Source: Macrostomum lignano (Eukaryota). From it: a stretch of 64,000 nt of DNA. Positions 63,401-64,000 of the stretch are shown here, piece after piece; the first letter of the stretch is position 1; every line of letters starts with the position of its first letter. The notes under the pieces are model-generated. The model saw nothing but the letters and a program-made list of their open reading frames with translations, did no database searches and was not told the DNA's origin. The position numbers were made by a program, and so were the translations under genes. The stretch covers positions 124,001 to 188,000 of the forward strand of contig NIVC01000835.1 of NCBI GenBank assembly GCA_002269645.1, read 5' to 3'.

Positions 63401-64000
63401 GGGTATAGTAGCTTGCAGAGGACCACCAAATTACCAGGGTATAGTAGCTTGCAGAGGACCAAAAATTACCTGGGTATAGTAGCTTGCAGAGGACCACCAA
63501 AGGACCAGGGTATAGTAGCTTGCAGAGGACCACCAAAGGACCAGGGTATAGTAGCTTGCAGAGGACCACCAAATTACCTGGGTATAGTAGCTTGCAGAGG
63601 ACCACCAAATTACCTGGGTATAGTAGCTTGCAGAGGACCACCAAAGGACCAGGGTATAGTAGCTTGCAGAGGACCACCAAAGGACCAGGGGGTATAGTAG
63701 CTTGCAGAGGACCACCAAATTACCAGGGTATAGTAGCTTGCAGAGGACCACCAAAACCTGGGTATAGTAGCTTGCAGAGGACCACCAAATTACCAGGGTA
63801 TAGTAGCTTGCAGAGGACCACCAAAGGACCTGGGTATAGTAGCTTGCAGAGGACCACCAAAGGACCAGGGTATAGTAGCTTGCAGAGGACCACCAAAACC
63901 AGGGTATAGTAGCTTGCAGAGGACCAAAAACCTGGGTATAGTAGCTTGCAGAGGACCACCAAAGGACCAGGGTATAGTAGCTTGCAGAGGACCACCAAAG
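54440..64000. repeat. 36-bp satellite gaggaccaccaaaggaccagggtatagtagcttgca, >9.5 kb (~265 copies), runs off the right edge
   Basis: Period 36; a diverged boundary unit lies at ~54440-54475. Confidence 0.98.

Noticed and set aside
54406-63998. Very long ORFs (up to 1496 aa) in the ORF track
   Set aside because: They are translations of a 36-bp satellite whose unit length is a multiple of 3. They are open on both strands, broken by random indels, and have no unique domain.

Overview
Repeat-rich eukaryotic (invertebrate animal) genomic DNA, not prokaryotic. The minisatellite-stuffed introns and GC-rich exons resemble a Macrostomum-type flatworm (inference only). Two intron-containing genes are arranged head-to-head. 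(1) Minus strand: the 5' part of a neurobeachin/LRBA (rugose) BEACH-family gene, 12 coding exons from ATG 21205 down to 5448 (~968 aa). All introns are GT-AG with consistent phases, and the gene continues off the left edge. (2) Plus strand: a complete 3-exon clathrin light chain gene (29108-38061, 195 aa). Between them lies an ~11 kb AT-rich island with two >1.2 kb blocks containing no CpG, a putative 3.7 kb Helitron-like element carrying a 24-bp satellite, and TA-flanked MITEs. There are about 30 distinct micro/minisatellite arrays, several built from canonical transcription-factor motifs (E2F palindrome, ERE-type IR3, AP-1, GATA, ETS), plus tRNA-derived CORE-type SINEs. A 36-bp satellite fills the last ~9.5 kb. 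Almost all long ORFs in the supplied track are repeat artefacts. No CRISPR array, rRNA or intact tRNA gene is supported.
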